From: Octopus sinensis
Lineage: Eukaryota
Reading direction: 5' to 3'
DNA length: 64,000 nucleotides
NCBI RefSeq assembly: GCF_006345805.1
Contig: NC_043008.1
Location: 3,038,001-3,102,000 of the forward strand
Shown: positions 38,716 to 54,149 of the stretch, one piece after another
Position numbering within the stretch: position 1 is the stretch's first letter
How the letters are laid out: each line of letters starts with the position of its first letter
The notes under the pieces: generated by a model
Seen by the model: only the letters and a program-made list of their open reading frames with translations
The model's database searches: none
What the model was told of the DNA's origin: nothing
Program-made: the position numbers and the translations under genes

Positions 38716-38978
38716 CAACATCTAGATAACATTCCAGGAGAACCATTTCTCAGAGTAATTCAAAAGATTGTGCTGAAAAGTACTACTCACATCATTAGAA
38801 AAAACTCTATCAATTTAAATGTTTGTGTTGTATTACGCAGGAATATTTCGCTACTACCCCTGTTACTTCTCCTCATTCTTTCAGGTTACTCTGACATCTC
38901 TTATCCTTTACACATCTTAGGAGGCTGGGTGTGTCTCGATAACAAACTTGCAGATTAAACATAAATTACAAGAATAAA
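38716..38978 (+). mobile_element. Second, shorter 3' end of the same LINE family
   Basis: catctagataacattccaggagaaccatttctcagag...gggtgtgtctcg...gcagattaaa repeats 38432-38670 with divergence. Confidence 0.85.
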
Positions 38979-39378
38979 AATCCTTTCTATTATAGGCACA
39001 GGGCCTGACATATGGGGGAGAGGGACAGTTGATCACATCGACTCCAGTGCTCAACTGGTACTAAATTTATCGACTCCGAAATGATGAAAAGTAAAGTCGA
39101 TCTCGGCGGAATTTGAACTCGGAAACTAGTGACTGGCAAAATACATATTTCTTTACTACCCACAAGTGGCTAGACACAGAAGGGACAAACGAGGACAGAA
39201 AAACGGATTAAGTCGATTATATCGACCCCAGTGCGTAACTGGTACTTATTTATTCGACTCCGAAAGGATGAAAGGCAAAGTCAACCTCGGCGGAATTTGA
39301 ACTCAGAACGTAACGGTAGACGAGATACGGCTACGCATTTCGCCCGGCGTGTTAACGATTCTGCCAGCTCGCCGCCTT
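38979..39378 (-). mobile_element. SINE family 1 dimer
   Basis: Same two-monomer layout and junction (aaataca|tatttctttact) as 20274-20673. Confidence 0.9.
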
Positions 39379-39389
39379 GGAGAGCAACG

Positions 39390-39937
<548 letters not shown>

Positions 39938-41299
39938 AGTTACATCTTTGTAAATATACGTACACTCCCACATGCCCATGCACACAAAACCAGCAGTCAC
40001 ACATAGATACATATATGCACAAACGGCTACGTACGTGTACGTGTGTGTGCGCGTGTGTGTGTGTTCATACAGAAAGAATCATGGAAAGAGATAGAGAGAG
40101 AGAGAGAGAGATATTGAAAGAGTAGATTGGTGAATACGAGCAATCAATTGCACCCACACATATTTACAGATATACACGCAGAGACACATTCATTTGTATT
40201 CATTTATATATAATGTGTACGAATGTACGTATATATATATATATATATATATACAAATTTTTACATACATATATGTTAGTATGTATATTGATATATACAC
40301 ACACACATACGCATATATATATACATAAAATATATTTGTATGCATAAATATGTGAGTGTGCAGATGAGTGTGTGTGTGTATGTGTTTGTGAGTGTATGTG
40401 TGTATGTCTGTGTGTGTGTATATCTGTGTGTGTATGTGTGTGTGTCTGTGTATGTGCGTGTCTGTGTGTGTACGTGCGCGCGTATGCAGGAGTACAATAG
40501 AAAATTAAAAATTGTTATCACATCATCATTTGCATACACACTTCCATTTTGAAAGAGTTTTATCTTCAGAATATTTCTGAGTTGAAAAGATAACAAAACA
40601 GAGCACCATTATTGCGGTATCCATAGCAATGTTTGTCAGACTCTGTGAGAATTCGACTGAGAAAGTTAGCAACTAATTATTATAAGAATGATTGAAATAT
40701 TAGCATTTCATAATAATTGAAAGATGAATTTAGATGTGAATATTTCCATAAGTGAACTGATGGCAATCTCACATAAATAGATAAGATTCCGATTGTTAAA
40801 TGATAACTGCAAACTTCTGAGTAGAGATTAACATTTGAAGAAATTGAGGAAGAGCCTGAATATTGAAGTATATACGATTCTACTGTTGATCTATTTACTC
40901 AGATTAAAGTTTTGATACATTTCGCACAATAATCTGTATGTCACAATCCGAGCGAGAAACTCCATTTAGATAAAATTCTCTGAAAGTCAATCTCTACCTG
41001 TATTTATGCGTCTGTATGCCTCACTAAGTATATGTGTGTGTGTGTCTATATGTGTTTGTGTGTACACATGGGTGTATGGTTGCGTACATACTTATATTTG
41101 TCTTGATGTGACTTCGTATTTGTTATTTCTAAGTTCATAACCTATGGTACTTATCAAATGAGATTGTGAACTAATAATAGAGAATATATCTTGCCAGTCT
41201 TCAAAATATAAAGTGCTCCAAGAAACTGAATTTGTAACTGATAGTATTTTATTAATATTTTATTGATTTAGTACGAAATATTTTTGTCCACTTGCGTCT

Positions 41300-44145
41300 A
41301 GCGAACGAGTAACACCCGTAAATCGACATCGATAAGGTTCGTGGAAAACATTTGGAAACTGAGGATCTCATGGAAATATTGGCAATGATGAACCCTTCAG
41401 AGCTAAGTTTTGAGCTCCATCGACAGGGTATGTCAGGTAGTGAAAATCATAGAAGGCACAAGATACTTCTCGAAGGAAAACATTAATAGATCGGAAATAT
41501 CAGATTTAAGATGACACCCAGCTAGACACCTCACTGATGTGGAACATTGCAGCAGTGATTGACGAGTCGAAAATTTGGGATAGATTTGGCATAGATTTCT
41601 GATCGAATTTATAACTAATAACGTGGAAGAGAATTTAGTAATGCGATTATCGATGTACAGACATGATACAAAAGCAATGTTGCAGATGTGGAAGCTATCC
41701 CTATTTTGAGACCATTTTAATATCTGTTGAGTGTTACTATCAAGGGATGAACTGTTTTGTAAAACAAAGTGGCGGATAAATCATTATCATGCTAAGTGGT
41801 ACCGCTATAATGCATGCATATGCGTTCCCGAATCAAAACTGTACACAGAGGAACACAGCACTTAGTATCATACGCTGAAAATGTTCCCTGAGCAAGGGAT
41901 ATATTAAGTGATATCCATATATACATAAAATTTGTAGCACCTTAACGGGAAGGTTCCGATACGATGATATTTTCCTGTTATGTATACGTAATTCAGGCGG
42001 TGTGTTACCAAAAGCACCATAGTCGGTGTGTTGTCATTGAAAGTTGTTTTCTGTGGGCTTCTTAAGGTGTATTTACACCTTTGTGTTAAAGTTTCCAGAT
42101 TGCACGTGAGAGATGTTTCATGTGTAGTATTTAGAATTATTCACGAAAAATAACAAAACAGCCGCCGTTTTTGGGTGAGACATCAAATAGGCTGTGGGCG
42201 TATAGAAGAATATGTGGATATCAACAGTTAATCTGACGTTCAACGTGGTTGACAAAACAGGGGCCTATTAGACAACATTTCGCACGGGAACTTTAAGAGG
42301 AAGTTACCCAGAAATAGACCAAGAGGCGTTTGCACATCAGACACAACTATTCATATCCAGGTGGTAATGAACCCACTGTAAAAAATGATAGTTTGGGGGA
42401 ATATATGACCTGTAGTTCTGAAGTTAGGAACGGAATAACAGCTGTCATTAAGTGAAAAGATCATTTCGAGATGCCCGTGTCGTTTATTACTGATGATTCC
42501 CAGTGAGTACAATATAACTATAGTTAACGGAACCTTCTGATTTGATCTTCTTTGTATTGAAATAAATTTTAGTGAGATTACAAAGGCGGATATACATAAC
42601 TATGCTGAAAGTCATCGGTGGTGCTTTTCAGCGATAGAGTCAGTTCTTTCGCACATTGTTTAAAGATATGGGAGGGACGAGCAATCTGAGAAAACAAGTT
42701 GTGTACCTATGTGTATGAAATAGGTGTTCATGAAGTGCGTGTAGCTTAGAGCTGTGTCTGTTAGGATGTCTGGTGGTTTGTTTTGTTGTTTCTTTGGCAG
42801 AGATGCACTAAAAGTAATGGGTGAGGTTTCTCTGCTGAGCAAAATAATGCGATGGGCGTTTTATCTGCTACTGAGAGATAAGATTCGAGATTAGATAAGA
42901 GACATGAGGTATTGATATGGAATCCCAATATATCGTAAAGTCGTGATAACATTAATCTGCTGAAGGAATGACGCCTAATTATTTCTTATAGAACGTACTA
43001 CTCTAAATGCACCATTAAGAAGGATATGTATTAAATTGTGAATCTCTCTGAAAGGCAATTTCTAATTATGCATCACCAAGCCCATGATAAAACAGAGATA
43101 GTGAATCTTTCCATGAAGGCATTGTAGCCACCGCTTATTCGGAAACGAGTCGAAAAATTACTTTCTTTCCCCGACATCAAGAACAAAATCTACATTCAAA
43201 TCCGTATGCTTTCCTTTCTATTGCTACCATTCCGCAGTTTTAGAAAGTAAAGTTGAAATCAAAGGGATCATCAAGCAATGACTCTTGTGATCCAAACAAA
43301 CTTTCAATTGAAATATTTGGAAATAGTAGAATATGAATTATTCAATTACTGTTCATGGATGCCTATGTCGTAGTAAAATATACTTTGTCGAATAATCAAT
43401 GCATCAGTGTTTGATAGGTCTGTCTCTGGATACGAATGTTTCCGTCTCCCGTTGCATGCAGTTGTTTCACGATCTTTTATGTTCGTTGTCAGAAATCCCT
43501 ATCAAACCTCTCTTGACCATTACCAACTACCTTAACAGAAAGGGACATTATACTTAGCATAGTCCTAGATAGGTGTTGAATGTCAGTAATTACCACGGAC
43601 CCTATTTTGACCATGAGTAAAAGCGAAACTTGTGGAAAGTACTGATGAACGGAGTGTAGGCTCTATCTGGCAATAGAACGGACCCTTAGAAATTCCGGGC
43701 TGGTGTCTGTCGTGCTGGAAAACTACTGGACATGAGACACCCGTTAGCATTTGTGAAAATATATCCTAATGAAAGAGTCACTGTGACATAAATCTAGAAG
43801 TGCAAGGAATGGAGATGTGCCCCAGCTTCAGAGTATGGTTTTCCCACATTCCTGAACTTGCAACCCATATTAGTACGGGATGACTTAAAATGGCTTCTCT
43901 GTGAACTTGTCTATGACACTAGAGTGGAGAGGGTCTGTGAGCTAGTGTGCCGAATCTATTGGACCTAAAATTTTAGATTGGGTAAGGGCTAGTGAGTCAC
44001 CTATGGGATGCTAAGTCGAGTAGGAGGGCACCGCGCCGAGAATGGAAACCGGGATTATGAACCCAGGTAAAGCTAACTGGTGGTGCAATAACCTGATGCA
44101 CTGGCATTTTGTATGACAATCCTCAGTGATGGTCTTTCTCCGTCA
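41300..44145 (+). mobile_element. Probable very decayed L1/Tx1-type LINE
   Basis: Scattered weak motifs (GEVSLLSK resembling GxITLLxK before the RT; Cys-containing C-terminal piece at about 43720-43960; T-rich 3' end running into (TA)n). No continuous ORF. Confidence 0.35.
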
Positions 44146-44283
44146 ATATATGTATATATATATATATTTTTTTTTTAATTTTTCTCTGATTTCGGATTTA
44201 ATACTATTTGCGGTTGCAGCCCTAGCTGCCATTTCTAGTGGGTCGAACGGCCTATTATAGCCGTTCCTCAATTGTTGTTGTTG

Positions 44284-44320
<37 letters not shown>

Positions 44321-44370
44321 AAATATTAAATTTCTAAATATCTCATAGAGATAAGTACGGTGGTGGGGCG

Positions 44371-44690
44371 ATAGATTGGTTTGTATACTGTCAATCTAAC
44401 GTGTACGTGACAGTAGGGGATTACAACACCACTGTTTAGCCCTAGGAAGCATCGACGCTTCCTGATGGCTTCGACACATTTTTTCCTGTGTCAGATCCTG
44501 AAACATGTGTGTCTCTACATGCAGGCCTGGCTGCTGGGGTGTTTGTCTCCTTTCGTAAATATATAAGGACACAGGAAAAAAAATGTGTCGAAGCCATCAG
44601 GAAGCGTCGATGCTTCCTAGGGCTGAACAGCGGTGGTGTAATCCTCTACTGCCACGTTCACGTTAGATTGACAGTATACAACCATTCTAT
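44371..44690. repeat. Long inverted repeat, ~122-bp arms (44371-44492 and 44568-44690), 75-bp spacer
   Basis: Arms are reverse complements with about 9 differences by eye; flanked by (TA)n on both sides. Confidence 0.9.
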
Positions 44691-45315
44691 ATATATATGT
44701 ATATATATATATATATATTATATATATATATATATATATGTGGTGGGGGATGTATATATAATGTTTTGCACATTTGCAAATAGAATGGATTGTAAGCATG
44801 TTGTTCACATGTGTAGAAATACTTGTTCAATTAGTTTGTAGAGACATTGTATTAATTATAAGGGAAAAAAGGTAGATGTGCACAGCATAGAAAAAGCGTC
44901 TGAAAGAGGACATTAGTGAATATGGAGCTAGACAGAGGAGTTAAGCAGGAAGCATAGAGAAGATAAACAAGGATTTAGCCTCTTCATTCGACCTCCCAAC
45001 TCAGGTGTGGTACTGTTCAAGATCATTCCACTTACTGATCATTGGGCAGCGTCAGATGACGTCATTTCCCCCCCTTCAACGTTACACGTAGCAAAGGTGA
45101 ATGAATGAAATCTTGTATTCTAGATATAATCACTCAAATATAAATGGTTATATATACCCTTTTCACATCTTTTCAGATAAACGAATACAAGGGAATTCTT
45201 GTAAGACTGTATAAATATATACAAAAAATGGGCTTGAAACGAGCCCCTTTTGGGAGTCGTCATCTTGCATTTTGTTCAGAGTAATTTAATTTTATACATC
45301 TATCTATCTCTGTGT

Positions 45316-45376
<61 letters not shown>

Positions 45377-45468
45377 CACATATTCTGAGTTCTATCTATC
45401 TATCTCTGTGTACATACATATATATATAAGTATGTATTCATACATATATAAGTATGTATTCATGTATG

Positions 45469-45501
<33 letters not shown>

Positions 45502-46669
45502 TTGTGTAAATATACACACACGTACATGTATGTATGTATTAGTATATGCACATATATTATGGTGCGTGTGTATGTGTGTCTGTGTGATTACATAGACTTA
45601 AATATTACAAATATATATACCCATATGTGCATCAGTCGGTCAAGGCAGTATCTACAATATAAAATACTGCTGGGAAAACGTAAAAAAATTGAAAGACATT
45701 AATGGTTTACATTATTCCTATTGCACCATTTCCATATTATTTCGACAGACTGTGAAAACACGTTAGGCTAACAGTTGACTTCTCATTCTTTCAATGGTGG
45801 CCGATCTATGCTACATTGCATGTTTATAATCCTTGCAATGCAAGTTTGCATTAATCTATTCCATGCGTCTCTAATCATGGATGTTAGTGCTGCATCAATA
45901 AGTAATACCTGTCAATGTGGAAATCAAACCTCCCTCTGAAGTTTATTGATTGGTTGATCCTTTACAGTTCCTTTAGTTTTGGCATTGATGTTATCGCATA
46001 AGAGAAATCATGCACAGCCTGCTAGTTGAATGGATGAAAATTGTATTTGACAAACCAGTAGTAAAAATTTAATGAATATATTAAGGATCCACTTGTTGGT
46101 TAGTGTATCAGACAGACGAATAGGGTGAAAACCTTGTGATTAATTAGTTATATATAGCAAAAGAATAAAATAAACACAGAATATGTTGGTACAAAGGAAG
46201 ATCAGATGTTCTCGCACACGCACACGAACAACAGAGACTTCGATAGAGAGAGAGATGTGCAATCGCTGATTTCATCAAAAATATTGATTTATGAGCTTAG
46301 TAAAAGAAAACAAATTTGTATGGGCGGGGTTAGTAGAAAGGCGGCTGAATTGATGCATCACACAGTATATTGCTGGTACACACTATGAAACGTGGCATTC
46401 CGATTCATTCCATGACCACAAATCATTTATTTTGCATTTACAAAAAGACACTCGGTCAATTTGTGAATATTAAATCTTAGCGAATTATGACTGCAAAATT
46501 CCTGATGTTGAACAGACATGTGAAAAGCAATGTCAGTCATATTCGAATGTGGCCATCGAACTACCTTTTCTACTCTATTCAAATTATCCTAAGTAAGCAT
46601 ACTTTTATTCTTTTACTTTAATTTAAGCAAAAAAAAAAACGGAATGTAGTTAATAGGCTAATTCTCTTT

Positions 46670-46895
46670 CCTAATCCATTCTACTAGAGTCACAAGGTCT
46701 GAAATCCTAGTGGAAGACCCAGTCGATTTCATTGACCTCCAGTACTTGACCGGTTCTTATTTTATCAACACCGAAATGAAGACGGAAATGCAAAATCTAT
46801 CTCGACGGAGTTTGAACTCAAAGCGTAAACACGGACAAAATGCCGCGAAGCATGTTTTCCGGCATACTAACAATTCTACCATCTCACTGCCCTGC
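46670..46895 (-). mobile_element. Old SINE family 1 copy
   Basis: tcgacggagtttgaactcaaagcgtaaac...gcatactaacaattctacc...ctcactgcc. Confidence 0.6.
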
Positions 46896-47449
46896 AATTC
46901 TCCTTCGTAATGGAGCATCTCGTACCATTTTTAGAAACCATTTATGGATACTGATATCTTTTATGACACAGACCAAATTCTCGATAACAGAGATGATAAC
47001 ATTAAGTGCCGGACAGATAAAAATATACCAAGCATTGGAGATCGTAGAATTAGTGGTACCAATATTACTGCACACTGATGAAATTCAGAGTCGAACAAGC
47101 AACGTTTCCTCTCTGGACGTGGTGGAATAAAGTCATTTAACACAAATATATACAATGTGCGACTATAAATGTAATTCCAGCGAGTTTGAATCGACTGCTG
47201 TGAGTCACTAATAGTCTCTCGCGCTAAACTTTAAAGACACGTATTGCAAAACAATAAAATATTTGGCAGCCACACAGTGATATAATTGCTTCCAGTAAGC
47301 TACACCTCTCAATGGCACCGATTGGCAACCAGTTCGACTGAATGTCTTCAAATAATGTTATCTATGAGCGTTTTGCATTGATGTGTATTGTGTGCTAATA
47401 AAATACTGTCTCTTATATCTCTATCGCACTCTCTAACGAATTTTCATTG

Positions 47450-47719
47450 TATAGGTGTGTAAACATACATATATACACCTATGAAAATATATAGATATAT
47501 TTATACATGTACACACACAGACACATACACACAAATGGGCACACCCAAACCCACACATACACATGCTTCTAAGTAAATGATGCATATAAATAACATATAT
47601 ACAGGGAAGGATACAGACGAGTATATTGATATATACATATATGTATAAACATACATGCATATATACAAACATAAATTGTATATATGTATATATCTACACA
47701 CACACACACACATTATATA

Positions 47720-47795
<76 letters not shown>

Positions 47796-48273
47796 GTGTG
47801 TATGTGTGTTTACCGGAACATATAGCCTATGCATTAAACTGCTCACTGAAACCTGGAGAGACTTCAAAACTATAGATACATAAACAATATATTATATGGA
47901 CATGAGGAATTAAAGGATTACAGAAAAGGTCAAATAGAAATTTTTTGCTTGTCTTAAAATTTAAGAAACGCTATAAACACTTTTCCAAATCACTTAGCAC
48001 ATAATACGGCGCGTTTATGACTTACGAAGCTGTTTTCATTTATGATGTGGTGATAAGCAACCAATGATCAAATTGAGAAAATTTGTAATATGTTTCAGAG
48101 CACAGCGAGAATAGATTGCAGTAGGTACGTCATAGTCTTTCAAACACCTTTGCTCTCTCTTAGACCTATGTTCACACACACACACACACATCCATATATA
48201 TATATTATATATATATATATATATATCCATATATAAATATATATTATTATATATATGCATGTATATATATTTA

Positions 48274-48335
<62 letters not shown>

Positions 48336-48420
48336 TGTATATATGTGTATATATTTATCTAAATATATATGTATGTATATGTGTGTGTGTTCGTGTGTAT
48401 ATGTGTGTGGGGGGGGGGAA
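47450..48420. repeat. TA/CA/TG microsatellite clusters
   Basis: Direct reading at 47450-47800 and 48170-48420. Confidence 0.85.
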
Positions 48421-50941
48421 GAACCCAAATTGAAGGTGTGGAAAAGTAAAATATACGCTACATATGTCACTTTTATAGCTGAACCTCTTGATATCATGCA
48501 AGTTATTCCAGTCAACGTAGCTAATCATCCAGCTTGGATTCCATGAATGACAGCAAGATTACTTTGCTGCTCGTAATCTCAAATTCAACTCCACCGAATT
48601 GGTTAGTTGCCATCCCTAGATCGTATTTATATATATATAGTTTAAAATATTGCAAAAAAAAATGCGGAAGACAGAGATCGGTTTGAGAACAATATGCAGG
48701 ATGCACTAGACGGACTCCCAAGCAATATGGGTGGTGTCTGAGTTGTTTAGTGGGTTCGAGGTCGTTGTGAATTCTTTGTATATCTTCCGTCACCCCACAT
48801 AAACACACATACATTTTCATACACACCTTCTCACCCCCTTCTCAGCCTTTCGTTCGGTCGACCTGGTGACATGACCGAGTAAAAAGTTTACCTGTCGAGA
48901 AAGTTTATTGGCCGGCTTAAATCTGTGTAGGTCGAGTTGAGAGAGGAGGAATGCGTAGTGACCAGCGCAGACTGACGTCTACTGATAAACTGTCCCAAAT
49001 CAATTTTATCAAAACAGATATGTATTCCATGAAGAATTCAAGTTTCTGTTCTGGACCTAATAGTACCGACAGTTTATGCACTAATATAAGTTTCCATCTC
49101 TATCGAAGAGTCTACTTTCCGTACCTGATTGCCTTCGTCCAAATCAACTTTTCTTACATATACTTTGAGTTTATATTCTGTAGGAAATACCTTCCGATGT
49201 GACAATTTCTACTCGCTTGAGTGGAAATTCAGATGATTCGAGCTGCGAAATAATCCATTTAGTGAGTATTCTGCTCACTGTATCATCACCGTTTCCGTTC
49301 TTAAAAATCGTAATCTTCTGCGGTCATTTTGCAAACTCTCCGACCCATCGGAGCTTGTGATGTAAGAATTTCGTTCCAATACTGTGACATCTAATACAGT
49401 CAATATTTTCACAATTCGGAGCCATGTTTTGTCTCCATAAGAACAGAATATTTCTCATCGTTTGTTTGTAGAGTTCCAAATTAACAGTTTTGTTAGCAAT
49501 AATGCACAGTCTTCGTGCCTAAAGAAGAGTTGAAGTATATCCAGTTCGTACCGTTTCGATCTTGTGCAGTTTTCTGAAAAGTTCGATGTTAAAAACGAGT
49601 TAGATTTCAAAACATTATTGAATACGATTACATCTGAAGATAAACATTAGGTAACAAAATGCTAAAATACTTCAAGGTCTCATGAATGTAACTTTAATAC
49701 GGCAGTGTACTTTCCATTTTAGGTGGAGATGCACAAATTCCTTGATACATTTGCATTAACGTCTCGAAAAACAAATCATTCGTAATCATCCACAAATATG
49801 TCTGAAAGCTCTTATACATATTAAGAACTCTACGCTATGATGGCGTTATCTCAAGCATGTGAAACGCAAAATAAATATAAACATTGTTCATGTCCATTTG
49901 CGAAAGTTGAAGACTCTCTTATCATAATAAGAGCGAACAGCATTGCAGTTTAGATTTGTAATATTTATCATATCATATCTGAACAGTATACATTAAATGT
50001 ATCGGCGGAAAATATATCGCCTTTTAATGGGCGTTGCAGGAAGGAAAACGATTCTTTTTTTATATATTCTATTCGTTCATTCGTATATTCATGAATAGCC
50101 TTTGCAACTCTCAATATATAAATTACACAGAACATGGTGCGTTCATGGCAGCGTGCATCATTGCACTCAAAGAATAAGGTCTCTAAAGTTATTTTCCCCG
50201 GATTTATCGTGAGTAAAAGATCATATCTACCAGTCCCATGACAGGCACAAACATCACGGAAAATACTTTCTGTAACAACCAAAGGTCGAAAAGAATTTGA
50301 GACATTTTTTTTTTACTGAATTAGAGTGAATACATTTGTATATTTGTAATGATACTATGTTTGGGTATAGTTTACACTTGCTTAAAATCTGTAGGTTATT
50401 TTCTGTATTCCCAGATACGAAGAACCGGATTCTAATTGATAGTAAGAATGATTTGACAAATATAAATCTCAAGTTCTGCTGGGCATTATGCTTTAGTTTG
50501 ATTTCGGATTTTCAAAACTGCAACATTAGAAATTTGCATTCATCGTGGTGCATCAATCTTTTGGGGAACAATTTGGTGAAAGTCGTTCTCACTAGAATCA
50601 AGATACATTTGGAGGAAGATTAAGATGATTTCTAAATGTTTTAGACACTTCTCCAATATGGCTTATTTATATTTTAAGTGAAATTTCCGCCCCCATATTG
50701 TGTCAATGTTGGTTTCTTGTGAGCTGGAGTAATGTTGGAACCCATGTCAAAGAATTTCTTTATTAGTTCCTGTTTATGCCACAGAATTTTATTTCTCAGC
50801 CGTCGCCGACGCGCACACACACATAGAGCACAAAAACACACAATCAGACACATACATATAAACATGCATATAAGTCCATATCTAGGAGTGAATATATGTG
50901 TATACATGTCTATATACACACGCACTCTCTCACACACAGGC

Positions 50942-50989
<48 letters not shown>

Positions 50990-52388
50990 ATGCAGACACA
51001 TGCATATATGCATACAAATATATATGTATACACACATATGCATATATACATATGTGAGTGTTTTTTGGGTTATATATATATATATACACAGGTATGAAAA
51101 CGCCTACATAGAAATGCTTATGTAGATACACACACATGAGTGTGAAACAATCTGCATGAAGACGAGACTTTGCGTATGCTATTTAACAATAATGTATATA
51201 AGAAACTTTATGAGTCACAATTTATTAGCTTCACTGTCAGAACAGTTTGATGTTATTCCAGTGTTTTCTTTATCTCCATTACTTTACTTGCAACCGTCTA
51301 TTTCTTCTGTGCGCTATCCTATAAATCTTAACAATAAATTCTCATCTCATCACCGAGAAGAAGAATTAGGAAAGCAATAGAGACAAACAGAAAACGAAGT
51401 GTTTCATTGAAAGAATTCATAAATAGACCATTGATACGCAGAAAATATTGTGTTATGTTGATAGCACACTCATCAATGCGCCAAACTACAAACGGACACA
51501 GGCGTAAATACGAGGAATCCCATAGGTAAGGTGAATGATACCAAGTATCAATTTATGAACAGAATAAAGGAAAAAATTATATTTACTGTAATTAAGAAAG
51601 AAATAGCACACTAACTTCTCTCTTAAATCTAATCATAGCAACACTTAAAACAACCCACAACTTTTCTTATGGAGACACATAAATACGTATATATTGAACT
51701 AAATTACGATCTGGTATCATTGAGTATCATGTATTATGCGCAATAAAAATAAAATGACAATTTTCTGCAAGTTTACTATCAAAGCTGAACAAACTTTCAT
51801 ACGGATGATAATGTTCGAAATACACCATTTTCAGAGATATGGTACGTTTCATATGTGTTAATGCGTGCGTGGAGGCGCTTGTGTGTGTGTTTCTCTGTGT
51901 GTATTTGTCTCTGTATGAATACATGTTTGTAAATGTATACATGCACGTCTGCGCATACGTATGCATGTGTATGTGTATGTAAACCCATGTGTATGTATGT
52001 AAGTGCGCTTGTATGAAAATAAACGCATCGTTTACAAATTATATATATGTAATAGTAAAATGAATTTTTTTATAAATATTTCACAAAATATATCGATGTT
52101 GACATTACGAAAACGGTCTGCAGCAGCCCTTCGGTAATGACATTAGACTGTACAGAACCGATCGAATGCATGTGTCGATTCTTCTTCTTGATTATTGCCG
52201 ATGATGTCCATTCTTCAATCAGAGAACCAGTTATTGAATAAAGCCATCCATTGATTATTAATAGACGATTGCTTCACACGAAATAAATAGTAATCTATCA
52301 TACGTCACCAATAGATAGGTTTCTCTGTGCGTGTATCTAAACGCATTTATTCGTGTCTATATGCGCGCACACACACACGAATACACAT

Positions 52389-52459
<71 letters not shown>

Positions 52460-54149
52460 CACATATTCTGAGTTCTATTTTTCCTATGAATTTATATACA
52501 CAAAGAGAAGAGAGAGAGAGAAATAGAAAGAGGGAGAAAGAAAGAAACAAAGTCTAATGGATTTCGACTTAGCGCATCTATTTCATGTCATGTGACCCTG
52601 ATGATTGTTTAGCCATTCAGCCCCCTCTTCGTCACCAGCATTCTGTGTCTAATTAGGTTATTAACGTTTTGCTTTACCAAATATTCAATTTGCATTATTT
52701 TCGGAAGTAACTTCCCATCTCACCCCCTTTTTTAACTCCACGCCTTTTTCTTATTCATTCACGTACAATACAACAGGACAGCTATTCATTTCAAGTATCT
52801 GGTATGTTAGCAATTTCGGGAATTTTGTAAAAGAACATATTCCTTTAGGGACCACCGCTGTAGATTAGCAGCTCAATACTCATATTTACAAATGATCTTT
52901 CTTCTTTAGAACAAATAAAAACAAAAACATTTTCTAAATCTCCATGTTTCCTAATCTCTACTCAATCAACTTTTGCATCAGTTACATCTCTAAAGTTGTG
53001 GTTTCTAATCAATATGCCATTTCTCGTTTAATATGGGTTGAACGCTGAACGGTCATCGCTTCATCTCACTTTAAAATTTTGTTGTTTTACCAATTTTTAT
53101 CTTAAATATAATTACATTGAATGTAGCTTGACTTCAGAGATACACTTCCTTAAGAAATCAGCTTCTGCTTATTTTATTAGAAAATAACTTTTAAATCTCC
53201 ATCTGTGTGTTGGGGTGTCTTATGAAACCATAACATTTAACCCCAACAATTAAACGTAAACAGTTAATTAAATAACGGGACACTTTTGCTTTAGACGGAT
53301 TTATATGAGTAGAAAATGTATCCTTGAAAATATGACAGAATTACCACTGCTTTGATGCTTTTAACGATTCATTTTGTTCAGTGAAGGATCTACAAACTCT
53401 AAGCAACAACAGGCATCAACGTACATCATTTGCTGCATTTATTTATATTTCTATCAAAATATGCTTCCAATTTCAATCGCTTAAAAATCCGATTTAGAGA
53501 TTGGTTCTGAAAGTTCACGTTTTTCTTACACAACTCCTAGAGATGCTGAGATTCCGTTCCCCTCTGATTAATGTTGCGTTGTAGTAGTGGTAAAACAAAC
53601 GGAGTGGCTATCAGAGGTAGCAGAAGTTGTAGGAGTTGTTATTATTTGTAAGAGCAATAGCAATGCTGGTTGCTATGTTAGTCCTGCTTGTATAATTTAA
53701 TTACAGTAGTAATAGTGACAAATTCAGAAAAACCTGCAGTACGAATGACAGTTGCTCTCTCATCTCCTTTCCCACAGGTAATTAGAAGTGGTCGGTATTT
53801 GTTTATAAAGATTGTTCCGTGCTGATACCTTGTTGCTCTGTTGTGTAATTGCTACATCGATATACAAAGGAAAAATGCATATTTGGTGGTTTCTTACTTG
53901 CTGTTCATATATCTATATGTTCATGTGTCTTATTTTCTGTTTTCTCACATTTTAACTTGTGAGCTATGTAGAGAAATGTCTTGTTCCAAGGATCAATTCG
54001 GTTTGATCCATATAATTCTCTGCACATTCTGTACAAGAAATTACACAGATTCTTTTTCAGATGCAAACGTGTTTTCATTTATTGGCAGGTGAAGTTCATC
54101 TCATCCTAATACAACTCAACCTCATTTTTGTTATTGACAGTGACCTGAT

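Noticed and set aside
45057-45064. CRE palindrome TGACGTCA (also 17414 and about 30448)
   Set aside because: 8-mers without promoter context; one lies inside a transposon.
49680-50640. Possible ancient Penelope RT remnant on the minus strand
   Set aside because: Only faint motif echoes; cannot be supported by eye.
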